The translations under genes were made by a program, and so were the position numbers. A stretch of 64,000 bases of DNA, taken from contig NW_020845500.1 of NCBI RefSeq assembly GCF_003704095.1, positions 1 to 64,000 on the forward strand, read 5' to 3'. Position 1 is the first letter of the stretch; each line of letters begins with the position of its first letter. The notes beneath the pieces were generated by a model. That model did not search any database, was not told where the DNA came from, and saw only the letters and a program-made list of their open reading frames with translations. Of this stretch, positions 1 through 11,379 are shown in pieces. The stretch comes from Pocillopora damicornis (lineage: Eukaryota).

Positions 1-1427
1 GGGTTCAATAGACTGACTTTTGTATTATTTTACTTGATTAATTCGAGAAGCGAATTGTCTCTAAGAATTTGAGATAAACAAACCCAAGTGTTCTCGCTTC
101 AAAGACACCATTGTGGCGGTTTATAACCAGCCAATAAAATCCTTTGATTTACTGCATCGTGCATTGTATTCGATCACCAGAACAACCCCTGTTTTGCACA
201 AAAGTGGTGTCTGCCATGTCAGAAAATAACTGGTTAATTGCATTAAAAAACTGATCAAAATTACGAACCTTCCGGGTGAGGTACAGACATTTCCTCTGCA
301 AAGAAAAAAAGAGATCAATAAGTGCAAATCAAAATCACCTTACAGTACCCATTAAAAAGATTACAATTATACTGATAATAATATACTATACTGATAACAA
401 TAAACGATACTGATAATAACGAGACGACAAAGAATGTTCCTTTATTAATGGTATATTCAGAAATGAAACGAATGTGACCAGCTAAAAAGCTATGTAGAAA
501 CCAGGCCCAACTTAACTCAGATCTCCGCAGTGCGCCAACCGTTTAGGCTTCCAGCTGGAGTAGAGTAGTTGACTAGATTCTACATTTGGAGGTGGTTTAC
601 ACCAACTTAACTATTAAACACCATCTTGGACACCATTTTTGTCTTTGTCATTGCTGATTAATTCGTTTTTCCCCATATTTTACATTTTTAACTCATTTTT
701 TTAGGAGCACAGCGATTGAAGACCTCTTAGCCGGTGCCAGCTGCTCTTTTCGAACAAGGAAGTAATCTTTATGAATCAACATGTCTCGCGATGAAGTTTT
801 TGTTTTTCTCATTTATCAAAAAGGATATGCTAATCAAAGCAATTTTTCTTCAACAAGACTTTAACTTAACTTTAATTCTTCAATTTAACAAGACTTTCGC
901 TCGTTTCAATGTAACGCGCAGAAAGACGAAGAAGTTGTGATACATTTCTTTTCTTGAACGAAGAACAGATCTTGTTTATAAATCTCCTAAAAAATCCGTC
1001 TGTTTTAAACGGAATATTAACAATCGTTGAAAGACGAATATTGCTTAACACAAGTTTTTGAAAATTTGTATTTTTTGTTCGGTACGATTTACTGATTGTT
1101 CTCAGTCGAACGCGTCACACTTAAAGTACGAGGTGCGACTGTTTTTCTCCAAAAGAAAAGAGCTGTCACAGTTTTGAGACAGATTTAAATTTAAGGCTTG
1201 GCCAGCCCTTTTGTAAATTTTTCGACAAATAATTAACGGCTTCGCTATTGAAAGGATGGCTAAACATTACGCGGCTCTAGCTTACAAATTATTTACGCTA
1301 TTTGCCCTTTTAAAGGAAATTTGTTTACCATTCAATAATTAATAAAATAATTTTTGAATGATTTAATTGATAAAATGGTTATTCTAAACACATCGAAAGA
1401 TAAAGCAATTTAACAAGGACAGCTTAC

Positions 1428-3333
1428 CACAAGTAGCTTTCACGATATCGTCCAAGTGTCCGGGAAGGTCATCAAAACTGGGATACAGAAGGACCTTTCC
1501 CCTCTCGCCAGCCATCTCGTACATATTTCTTTTTGCTCTGAACACGTTTCTACCGACTCCGACAACAATTATGCTCACACCTTTACTCTGTTGAAAGGCA
1601 AGGAGTCAATTTTTAACAAGGTCATGAACTGCATGAATCAGTCTTGTATGAACCTTTAAATTTCAAATTTTGGCGTTCAAATTTTGGCACATTTTCGCGA
1701 TATCTCTGAAAATCAAATTCGAAAGAGAGAATTCAAAGTTTCGCTATAAATTTCCGTGGAACAATAGACGAAATATCATCAAGTTGGTCTATATTAATTT
1801 TCCACAATATTGTGATGTTACCTCCACGAATGTGTTCAAAAGTTAAAAAACAAATAAACAAAACTTGCTAAAAAAAAAAAAAAAGAGCGAACACCTGTCA
1901 GTTAAACTGAAATCTATTTTGTCTACCTCTAATACTTTAATGGAATCCTTAAACGGAATCACACGTCGTTTATCTCTCCTCGACTTAAAAGGTTTGCCAT
2001 CCGTAAACAAAATTATGATGTTCTTAGCACCGGGCCTGTCTCCTCTTTGTTCAGTAAACAACTCTTTGGCGGCCAGATCCATGGCGAGATCTGTTCGTGT
2101 TCCCCATGCCTTGGGTTTCACGTATACTGTCTTCTGAACAAAGTGTTTTAATTTGTCCTCTTCGTAGTTTGACTTATTGTTGAAGTCGCTTTCGATAATG
2201 ACGTCCTTTGCAAAGGTGATTAGAGCGAAATGATTTCCTGAAGGAGAAACGCCTTTCTTTTCTACCAGGTCATCGATGAGTTTTATCTTAGCTCTCCGCT
2301 GCCTGAAGTTCATACTCCTTGATACGTCAGCCAGAATAGCGATATCCAGAATTTGATCATGACAGTCACCTACCGGTAGTAACATTATTATTAATAATTA
2401 TCCTTTTTTTTAAGTCGACATGCACACGAAGTTACTCAGTCTGAGGAAACATTTCGCGTCTTGTATGCTGTGCATGGTGGCAGCACAGATTGGCCTTAAA
2501 CAAACTGCATGAAACAATTGATACACTCGTTTGTTTTATGTTGCGTTCAATATTAATGAGAAAAGAGCCAAATAACAAACCTTCTGCCTGAGATAGATCT
2601 GAGAATGAAAAAAAAAAAAAGAAACTATTAATATTAATCATAACTCTCGCAAAAAAAACATGATGTGAAATAATGATGCTGATACTGATTATAACACTAA
2701 TTATAAAAAGAAAATGTGTAGAGTCCTGAAAAAGGTGGTACTAAGAGTCTCGGGGGCAAAAGAAAGTCCAAAAGAGACAGGAAAACAATCTTAGAAGTAT
2801 TGATGTGCACATTTCAGTATCACTTAAAACAAATGCTACTTTTTAGAACAACTGGAATCTTAACAAAGATGTTAGAAAGCAGACAAAGTGTTAAAGGTTA
2901 GTTTGACCGGTGGGCAAATCACGGCGACGTGATACCAAGAGTTACAAACCAGCCTGACGATCTTAAAACCTGTGTACCTATAAATAATAATGAAATTGAT
3001 AATGACCCTGTGTCTATGACAGTCATTAACGTTTGATCGAGTTGTTTAATCTCGCTGATGAGGGTAGTCCTTACAAGGACTGCTTTCAGTTGCAATAACT
3101 AACGCTTTAACCGCCTTAACGAAAGTTATCACTCTACTCTCGTAATAACTCGCACCCCCGCTAACTCCAACCATTTTCCTTTTCTTTGGGAGTTCGAGTT
3201 GGCGAGGTTACTTTGTAGATGATAAAAGAATGTTTTTGGCGATCAGGGCTTAGGAAGAAATTAATGCATAAAAATGCTCTCCACCTGAAGATAGGGCCAA
3301 AGTCAAGATGAGACAAACCCACAAAGTTTCCAT
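1428..3333 (-). CDS. Paralog A: secreted VWA-domain (coadhesin-like) protein, 5' part; continues beyond the left edge. Coding exons 3333-3285, 2598-2581, 2369-1927, 1587-1428
   Basis: Spliced frame METLWVCLILTLALSS|DLSQAE|GDCHDQILDIAILADVSRSM...GTRTD...LFTDGKP...VLE|SKGVSIIVVGVG...KATC. It has MIDAS DxSxS, T and D motifs, canonical GT-AG sites and consistent phases (1,1,0,1). Intron sequence at 30-420 matches paralog B intron at about 16750-17430. Confidence 0.88.
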
Positions 3334-5286
3334 TATCAAAAACTGGTCAATTTCTGAAAAACAATAACAGTGAACATCAATTTTAAGTGTGACATGTGCG
3401 AGCCATGCTTAAGTTATAATTACATTCCATGCATGATGAGCAAAATTACAAATTTAAATGACACCCACATTGAGCAATAACTTTCAGAACTCCCTCAGAA
3501 CTTCTCTAGTTTTGATTCTACTAATTTAAATCCTAAGCGATAGATGCGAGAGCGGTTTGTGGAAATACTAATCGCGAGTTTAAACTTATTCTATCATAAT
3601 TGTACTGATTTATTATAGGATAACAGTATTTAATGAATACTTAAGAAGCAACGAGTTTAGCACACACGTTTTTGACACATTAGTCTTTCGTGCGACCGCT
3701 GATGACCAGAAAGGCATATTTCTAAAATTTTCCACAACGGTCGGAGCCCCTCAAATATTTTGAAGGTTGTTATAATGGATGCAACGAGTGACATGCTTAT
3801 TATCGAACATTCATTTATATCGTTGAGATGATGTCACACCCACGAGATGAAATCCTGAAGTCAAGTAGCGTGTTCCCTTTCTTTGCATTTTGTAATGACT
3901 ACGTATTTTTATCATCAGTTTCTTTTTGCCGTGGGTTCTGATGTGTCGCGAAACTGATGGGAACGCTTTAATAGGTTTATTACTCTGCAGCTGAAGTGCT
4001 TCTCACATGCGTGGCTCGGTAATTTTCCCACGAATTTTTACTCTTTTCGGGTCGTTAATCATACAGCAATTAAAATATATATCCTAAGGGTGTAATTGTA
4101 TTTTCAGGATGCAGCTTTTAAGTTATTTCTAAATGGTTCCATTATCCTTTATCTCCAGTTATTTGATGGATCGATGCTACCATACTTTTTTGTTAAAAAA
4201 ATTAGGCGGTCGATCATTTTGAAGCAAAGTTTGATCAAAATTATTTTGACGTTAGGCTAACATAGCAACGCAAAAGCTTCTTACAAGCACGCTTCATTTC
4301 AGTTCATTGCCTTAGACCTCTGTAGAAATGAGAATATGGACCATGTTTTTATTCTTATTTTTGAATTACAATCAGTCTCAAGATCAATATTTATGCCCTT
4401 ATAAACAAAATTCATTGTAGGTAGTTTTCTGTGAATAAGACTAGTCATGGTAAATGAGATCAGAGATGAGATTACCCTTGCAACTTTAATGGGTAAATTT
4501 TAATTCTTGCTGCATGGTTGAGCGCATAACATCAAACAGTAATCTAACAGCTGTTTTTAGAGCTATCTTGTCATTGTAACATCAACGTTGGACAACCTAA
4601 GTTCCATCCTAAAGCGGACTACACGTTGGATTTTAAATTGAAAGGACATTTCTTAGCAGCACTCATTTGTTGGTCACAACGATATGCTAATGTATACTAG
4701 CAATTGTTTATTGGGTTGGATCAGTATTTGATCAGTAGCGGGAAACGTAATAGAGGTGTTTGTGCAAAGAATAAACGAAAACTCTATCATAAAGTATCTT
4801 TCTTCGACAAACCCCAGATGTAGTTTAAAGACTTGTTTCCAATGATGACGTCGTGGCGCCATGAAAGAGATATGTAGATAACAGCCAACGAAGAAGTGGC
4901 AGACGAATTCCGTTGTACAATGAACGACTTGCACCCCAAACCAAAAATTTGAAATCGCTTCTAAACGAACAATTTACATTAGTTTTTGGAAGTTAGCGGA
5001 TTTAAATTTGGCCACAATACCCCTCCGAAGGAGAGAGCTGTTAAACTCTCAAATTTTACAGCTATTTGCGTTCAATTTCTTTAAATAGCTACCGCCACCA
5101 GAATGAAATACATTCACCTTTTAAATAAGATTATTATGCTCAGACTGAAAATAACAGAAATTGAACGGAATAACTGACTTTGTGTAATCTAACTGAAGAA
5201 TTGCCTAATTGACATAAAAAAATAAGCAAAGTAGATATTTAAGAATTAGTAGGACAAGACTACTATTAAAAGAGCATGAGACTCAC

Positions 5287-5595
5287 CTTTCAAGAAAATG
5301 ACAATGCAAATGAGTTACCCCTGAAAAATTGGCATATATATTGTGACTTTTTTTTTGGGTTATGTGCTCCTTTTGTTTCAGTCTGATATGAGGGCCCATT
5401 ATGACGACAATCCTCTCGAACTCGAGAAACTCGCGGTTGGGGTGCGTATCGGTTCGGTGATTCTCTAAGAAATCTCACCGCGGTAAGTTGAACAGCGAAC
5501 AAAAGGATGTTCATTTAATTAACTCGGAACACTATATGGAGAAGTGTTTATCTCTCGTGAAATTTGAAAAATAACAGGAGAGAAGCCACCTATTT
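5287..5595 (-). promoter_or_regulatory. Non-coding exon 1 (donor after 5287) and upstream promoter block of paralog A
   Basis: CTTGAAAG|gtgagt donor is identical to paralog B (21646). TATA-like run at about 5334-5342. Conserved blocks ATGACGA and TTGGGGTGnGTAnCGGTTCGnTGATT...AAGAAATCTCA are shared with 21790-21980. Confidence 0.55.
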
Positions 5596-5957
5596 GCAAT
5601 ATTATGGTATGAAGGATATAAAAGGATAATCACCTTCAAAAGTAGTTATTGTATCTATGCTCTTTGTATTTTCTTGCTTTGAAGCATTTAGTCGGTTTAT
5701 AATTGCAACACCTGCCTGTACTGTAAGGCACGTAGTAAAGTCATTCGAAGTAGTCATAATCCCAGTTTTAATGTTAAAAGATTGAATATTTCCTGTAAAA
5801 CTGTAGTTCAAGCCTGCCATGACTTCAGAACTTTGCTCAAGGCACATTCTTGCGTGGGGACTAACATTTCGATTACATCAGCAAACTGTTATCATCAGAA
5901 TTACAAGCCAGGGTACATTTACCAAGTGTTCTAGTTTCCAAATTGGTCTCCTAATTG

Positions 5958-7483
5958 TTACAATCAAGTTCACTCCTTTTTAAGCCTATCTTCAGCTGGA
6001 CCATCTTGTTAAACGTGGAAACATCAAATGCTACTCATATATTCCAATAATTTTCTGAATCAAAAGTTATCATTTTTTTGAATAAGCTGCTTCCTTGAAT
6101 TGTGCTCCAGAAGTAATTAATGGTATTGAAGAAAAAGGGGGAAAGTTCTTGAAGCATTCTAATTTACATGAAAATTCGTTTTAAACGTTAATTGCGGCGG
6201 CGACGAAATCATCTGTGAAGCCATACTAGCAATTAAATTTCATGTAAACAACCATGATGAAGCATGTTATGTTACAGTCAAGTTCTTTCTTTTTTAAGCC
6301 TATCTTCAGCTGGACCATCCTGTTACATGTGGAAACATCAAATGCTACTCATATATTCCAATAATTATCTGAATCAAAAATTATAATTTTTTTAAATAAT
6401 CTGCTTCCTTTTATTGTGCTCAAGAAAAGGTAAATGGTATTGAAGAGAATGGAAGAAAGTTCTTGAAACATTCTAATTTACATGAAAATTCACCATGAAC
6501 GTTAATTGCGGCGGCGACGAAATCATCTGTGAAGCTATAATAACAATTACCTTTCCATGGAAACAAACCATAATGAAGCATGTTATGAATAAATTTAATC
6601 TCACCCAGTTTGACTGTAGAATCCAAAATCTAATTAACTCGCAGGTGATTAGGAAAAACGTCAATGTGTTTTTCCTGCTTCTATCATGCTATGTACTTTT
6701 TCTTATGGTTATCTATTTTTAATATCCATCTTTCACCAGCTGAAATTCAGAAGTCCTGACATGTATGATTGAAGTATGTCAAGCATTAAGGTTTGATTGT
6801 CAATTTGCTCTTCATTACTTGTAAACAGCTTATTTCTGGCAGATTTGAAAATTTCTGTAAGCTACCAGCAACAGGTTTTTCCATTGCAAGTGTTTCATAA
6901 GATCATATTTTAATTATCTGCTTTCTTTAACTGTGCTCCAGAAATAGTAAATGGTATTGAAGAAAAATGAAGAAAGTTCTTGAAACATTCTAATTTACAT
7001 GAAAATTCTTTATCAACGTTAACTGCGACGGCGACGAAATCATCCGTGAAGCTATAATAACAATTAAATTTCCATGCAGACAACCATAATGAAGCATGTT
7101 ATGAATAAATTTCATCTCACCCAGTTTGAATGTAGAATCCAAAATCTAATTAACTTGCAGGTGATTAGGAAAAACGTCAATGTGTTTTTCTTGCTTCTAT
7201 CATTCTAAATAACACATATTAATCACTCCACCACGTCAGTTTTTTTTTTTTTTGACGATACGTACTTTTTTTCTTATGGTCATCTATTTTTAGTATCCAT
7301 CTTTTACCAGCTGACATCTGTGAAGAATCAAGTCCTGATATGTATGAGTGAAGCATGTCGAGCATTAAGGTATGATTGTCGATTCGCTCTTCATTACCTG
7401 CAAACAGCTTATTTCTGGCAGCTTTGAAAATTTCTGCAAGCCATCACTAACAGGTTTTTCCATTGTAAGTGTTCATAAGATCA
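5958..7483. repeat. Overlapping tandem duplications; a core of about 190 bp occurs in three diverged copies
   Basis: 5958-6271 matches 6272-6587, and about 6386-6904 matches about 6905-7483. The shared marker GCG(G/A)CGGCGACGAAATCATC appears at about 6194, 6508 and 7025. Confidence 0.9.
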
Positions 7484-9699
7484 GATGTTCATCACATAGT
7501 TTTTTACATTTGAAAGCTTAAGTATAGGTTAATGAATACAGTATACTTAAATCAATGAATACAATAAAATTAAATCAAACTCCTGAAATTAAGTTGACAA
7601 CATGATTCAGAAATGCGTAATAACTCTTAACAAGAATGAAAAAGCAATGCCATTTATGAATTTTAAAAAAGCAAATGCCAAAAACTTAAAGATGAAATGG
7701 AAAAAACTGCTAAAATATGGCATTTGTATTTACTGAGATTTTAAATATTAGATAGCATATACAGAGATATAAAAGAGGCTTTGTAAAAGAAAAACCAGGG
7801 CAAGAAGCACATGACATTGACTAGTTCACTGACACCTGCTCACCTGAATTCAATCCGTAAAAAGAACTCTGTAACATGTTTTATCTTCTCACACTTAAAT
7901 TAAAACATAAAATATAATTATTTTCAGGCAGGTCTGGGAGTAAATTAAAGGCATGGATATATTTTACCTATAAATTAAAGAAACACATGACAATTAAATG
8001 GAGCAGAAGCATATTACCTACATGTCTATGCTTCTGAATACAGCTATGATAGGAATTTGTTTACGCCATTGTCTTCACGTGTAAACCGAGTGCAATAGAC
8101 GGTCGTAAAAGCAATTTTACGACCCATGAAGGGTGCCCTGTGTATCAAATATATCAGGTTCAGTGCCTCCAGATTCATAAGCCGGGCTTGTGGGGCAAAA
8201 AAATAATCAAATAATCAACAAATTTTGCCAGGCCAATTTATCAAGAATCAACCGTAAATTAAGTATAATTTCCTAAAATAGTATGGGGAAATTTAAAATG
8301 TGCTTTTCTTTAAATTCCGAGGGTGTGACTCAATAAATTCAAAAGAAAATAACCAAGCAAGCTACAGAAATGGTTCTCGAATTGTAAACTGATAATGCGT
8401 TCACAAAACTTCCCGAAATATGCTTTAATGATAGTGCTGATACGAATTTATGGGGGTGTTGCAAAACTACGGATCAGAAGACCGTGGAACCTCCGAAACC
8501 TGCGGAACCCTTTATTTTTTGTCAAAGAATAATAATGAAATAAAATATTAAACTAAAAAGACCTTAACACTGTTTGAAAGTTGCTTAGGGTTAGGTTTTC
8601 GGGTATAAAGAAGATTACTTTACAAGAAAAATATATTTTAATTATCCTTGACGACCAACTTTAACTGTGGCGACACATACCGCGCAAGGGTATATAGAGT
8701 CATAAGGAGCAACGAGCAGTCACCTACCCCGAGTGTTAATAATTGAACTATAATTTGAAAGCTCCAACGTTTTGTGTACCGCGATATGCTAGTAACAGAT
8801 CATCAAGAGGCTCCTAGAAAACATGGTGGCCTCTAATTCCGTTTTATCGTACATGACGCTGGAGTGAGGAACACGAGCGTAAAGTAACATCATCGTCTGT
8901 GATGTCATATTGTTTTTTTGTTTATTTCGTGTACGCGTTAATTACCCGCGAGTGTTTTTACTTTTAATTGGTTATGTAGTTGTGATTGATGTTTATACAG
9001 TTGGATGCGTGATGCTACGTAATTATGTCAAATAATTTGTCAGATTTTGTGGATAAATTTAGTCCTGTGGATGAATTTTTATGTCCACTTATATTTAATT
9101 TTTTAAATAAATGATGAACACAATTTCGGGGCGATCGGGGCGTCCGGACTTGCGAATTCATAGCGTTTTGCCTGCAGTGGATTCGTTTGGTTGACTCACA
9201 GACATATCTTAGAGAGGATAAGTTAGAGGTCTGCTGATCTGCAGTTTAGAAACATCTAATCTATCGTTCATAATCACTAATGAAATTCCGAGACTGTAAC
9301 TCAATGACTTCAACAGAAAATATCTAGGAAGATTTCAAAAACGGACTCGTGAATTTCAAAACGTACTCTTCAATTCGAAATCTGTGTGCAAAAATTATTT
9401 ATGCTAACCATATGCTTACCAGCGTGCTTGTGAGCTCAAATGGCCAGGGCCCGTACCAATACACGATCACAGCTCGGACGCTTGTTGCAAAATGGGCTGA
9501 CTATCAATTTCAGAGATTGATTCTTCAGTTTCTAGCATTAAGAAAAAACTATCGTATCGCAAGCAATGTTCATCATAACCCGAGCATTAAGTTTACCTCG
9601 AGATGTTGTGCGAAGAGAACTGAATTAGCTCATGTTTTGTGCGACAAACCATTTCCTGAAGTTCGAACGAATCGAAGCCACTTTCTAATTAACGATTTT

Positions 9700-10550
9700 G
9701 TAAAGTATGAACACACTCACCACCTAATTTGTTGCAAAAAAATTCACATGAAAAGTAGAAGGGTAGTATTAATTGTTAAAAGAAATTAATCATTTCAAAA
9801 GTCAATTTTTTCCATTCTCATATCGAAGAGTTACCAAAATTGTTGATAGAATTCTCGATGAGAGTAAGGATACTCAAACGAAAAAACAACTTTTTCAAAG
9901 TAAAACGAATTAACTCTTCTCTAGGATGCTTATTAAGTATCATGTAAAAAGTTAATGGAAATCATCAAAATAGCTAAGCTGATTTTTTTAACCGATCCCA
10001 TCCTGGTCATATAGCATCAATATGAAAGGAAATTAGTTTATTTTTGTATTATGAAAGGAGTCACTTTTATGCAGAAAAAAATATGAAAAGGACTCAAATG
10101 AAAATAGTAAATATAATGTGATATCATATAAAGAAAAGTCATTTTCCTTATATCAATGATGATAGCATTTTAAAATCACTAGAGATCCCTGCAATCTGAT
10201 TGGCTCTCATAGGCGTGATAACTTTAAAGGATGGATTAATTATGAGGATGTTATTAAAACTTTATTAATACTGCATATTATGGTACTGATTGCACTATAT
10301 CCTCATAGAAAGGAACAAGCCGCATTCTCATTAACCATTATGTAAAGTACGAAGACACTTACAAGCTGGTTTGTTCCACAAAATCCACATGAAAAGTAAG
10401 AGGATAGCATTAATTGTTCAAAGAAAGTAATCATCTCAAAAGTTAATTTTATTCATTCGCATAACAAAGAGTTAGCAGAATATAATTCTCGATAAAAGTA
10501 AGAATACTCAATCGAAAAAACAACCTTTTCAAAGTAAACTGAATTCACCC
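9700..10550. repeat. Diverged direct duplication of about 210 bp (9700-9915 and 10345-10550)
   Basis: Shared blocks CACATGAAAAGTA, ATTAATTGTT.AAAGAAA.TAATCAT.TCAAAAGT and ATACTCAA.CGAAAAAACAAC.TTTTCAAAGTAAA. Confidence 0.85.
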
Positions 10551-10597
10551 GAACAATATTTTTTGATCAACCGTACTGTCGAGGGTTAATCGATCGT

Positions 10598-10905
10598 TTA
10601 ACTGACTGTCTGACCGACTAACTAACGAGACAACGGACAGGCTAACTGGTTGGCTGGCAGGCAGTTGAACCAACTGACTAGCGACCGTATATCTAACTGA
10701 CAGGATAACTGGCCGACTTACGGACTGGTTTTCCGACTAGCTGGCTAGTTTACCGACTGGCTGAGTGACTGATTGACTAGCTGACAAGCCTGGCTGGTCG
10801 ACTGATTGACAAACTTACAAGCCTGGCTGGTCGACTGACTGGCTGGCCGACAAGCCTGTCTGGCCTACTGATTGACGAACTGACTGACGAGCCAAGCTGG
10901 CTCAT
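10598..10905. repeat. Degenerate tetranucleotide (GACT/GGCT) microsatellite with an approximately 32-bp higher-order unit
   Basis: Runs of ACTG/GCTG/CCGA; ACAAGCCTGGCTGGTCGACTGA repeated twice plus a degenerate third copy. A similar (GTCA)n tract lies at about 29845-29920. Confidence 0.85.
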
Positions 10906-11379
10906 TGAATGCCCGGCAGACGGTTCACCATGAACCTTGAAGAAACAGAGACAATGGCAGTGACAGTTACTATGAAGTGACGGTGACAAACGCAGAGACA
11001 AAGACAGAGACAATGCCAAAAAAGAAGACCTGAAGCGGACTAAGCGGACGTTAGCATTCTGCTATGTGCAGTTTTTCATTTATTTATTTATTTCGTTTGC
11101 CATTTCTCAACTGGGAGATCTTGGTCCTTTCTTTATTTTTATTGTAGAGCATTGGGATCGCCTGTTTGCCAAAGTTGTTTTGAGTTTCCAAATGAGACAG
11201 ATCACTGACAATGGTTTGGTCTCATAACCACAGCCGAAATTGCGATAATTATCATACATTCCTCCACTAACTCCACTTGGTGAATCTCAAGCAGGGTTTT
11301 CATTCTGGAAAGAGAAAAAACAATTTTCAAGTTAGTTTTCTCATTATTACTCAATACACACTCCCAGTTCTTTTTCCTC

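Noticed and set aside
5958-7483. CRISPR-like or regularly spaced repeat array
   Set aside because: Units are hundreds of bp, overlapping and diverged, with no unique spacers or cas genes; eukaryotic context.
8585-8596. TTAGGGTTAGG telomere-like motif
   Set aside because: Fewer than two full units; not an interstitial telomeric array.
9349-9789. 146-aa ORF on the plus strand
   Set aside because: Non-ATG start, no recognisable domain, and it runs into the AT-rich duplicated block.
10777-11019. 80-aa repetitive ORF
   Set aside because: Translation of a degenerate microsatellite.
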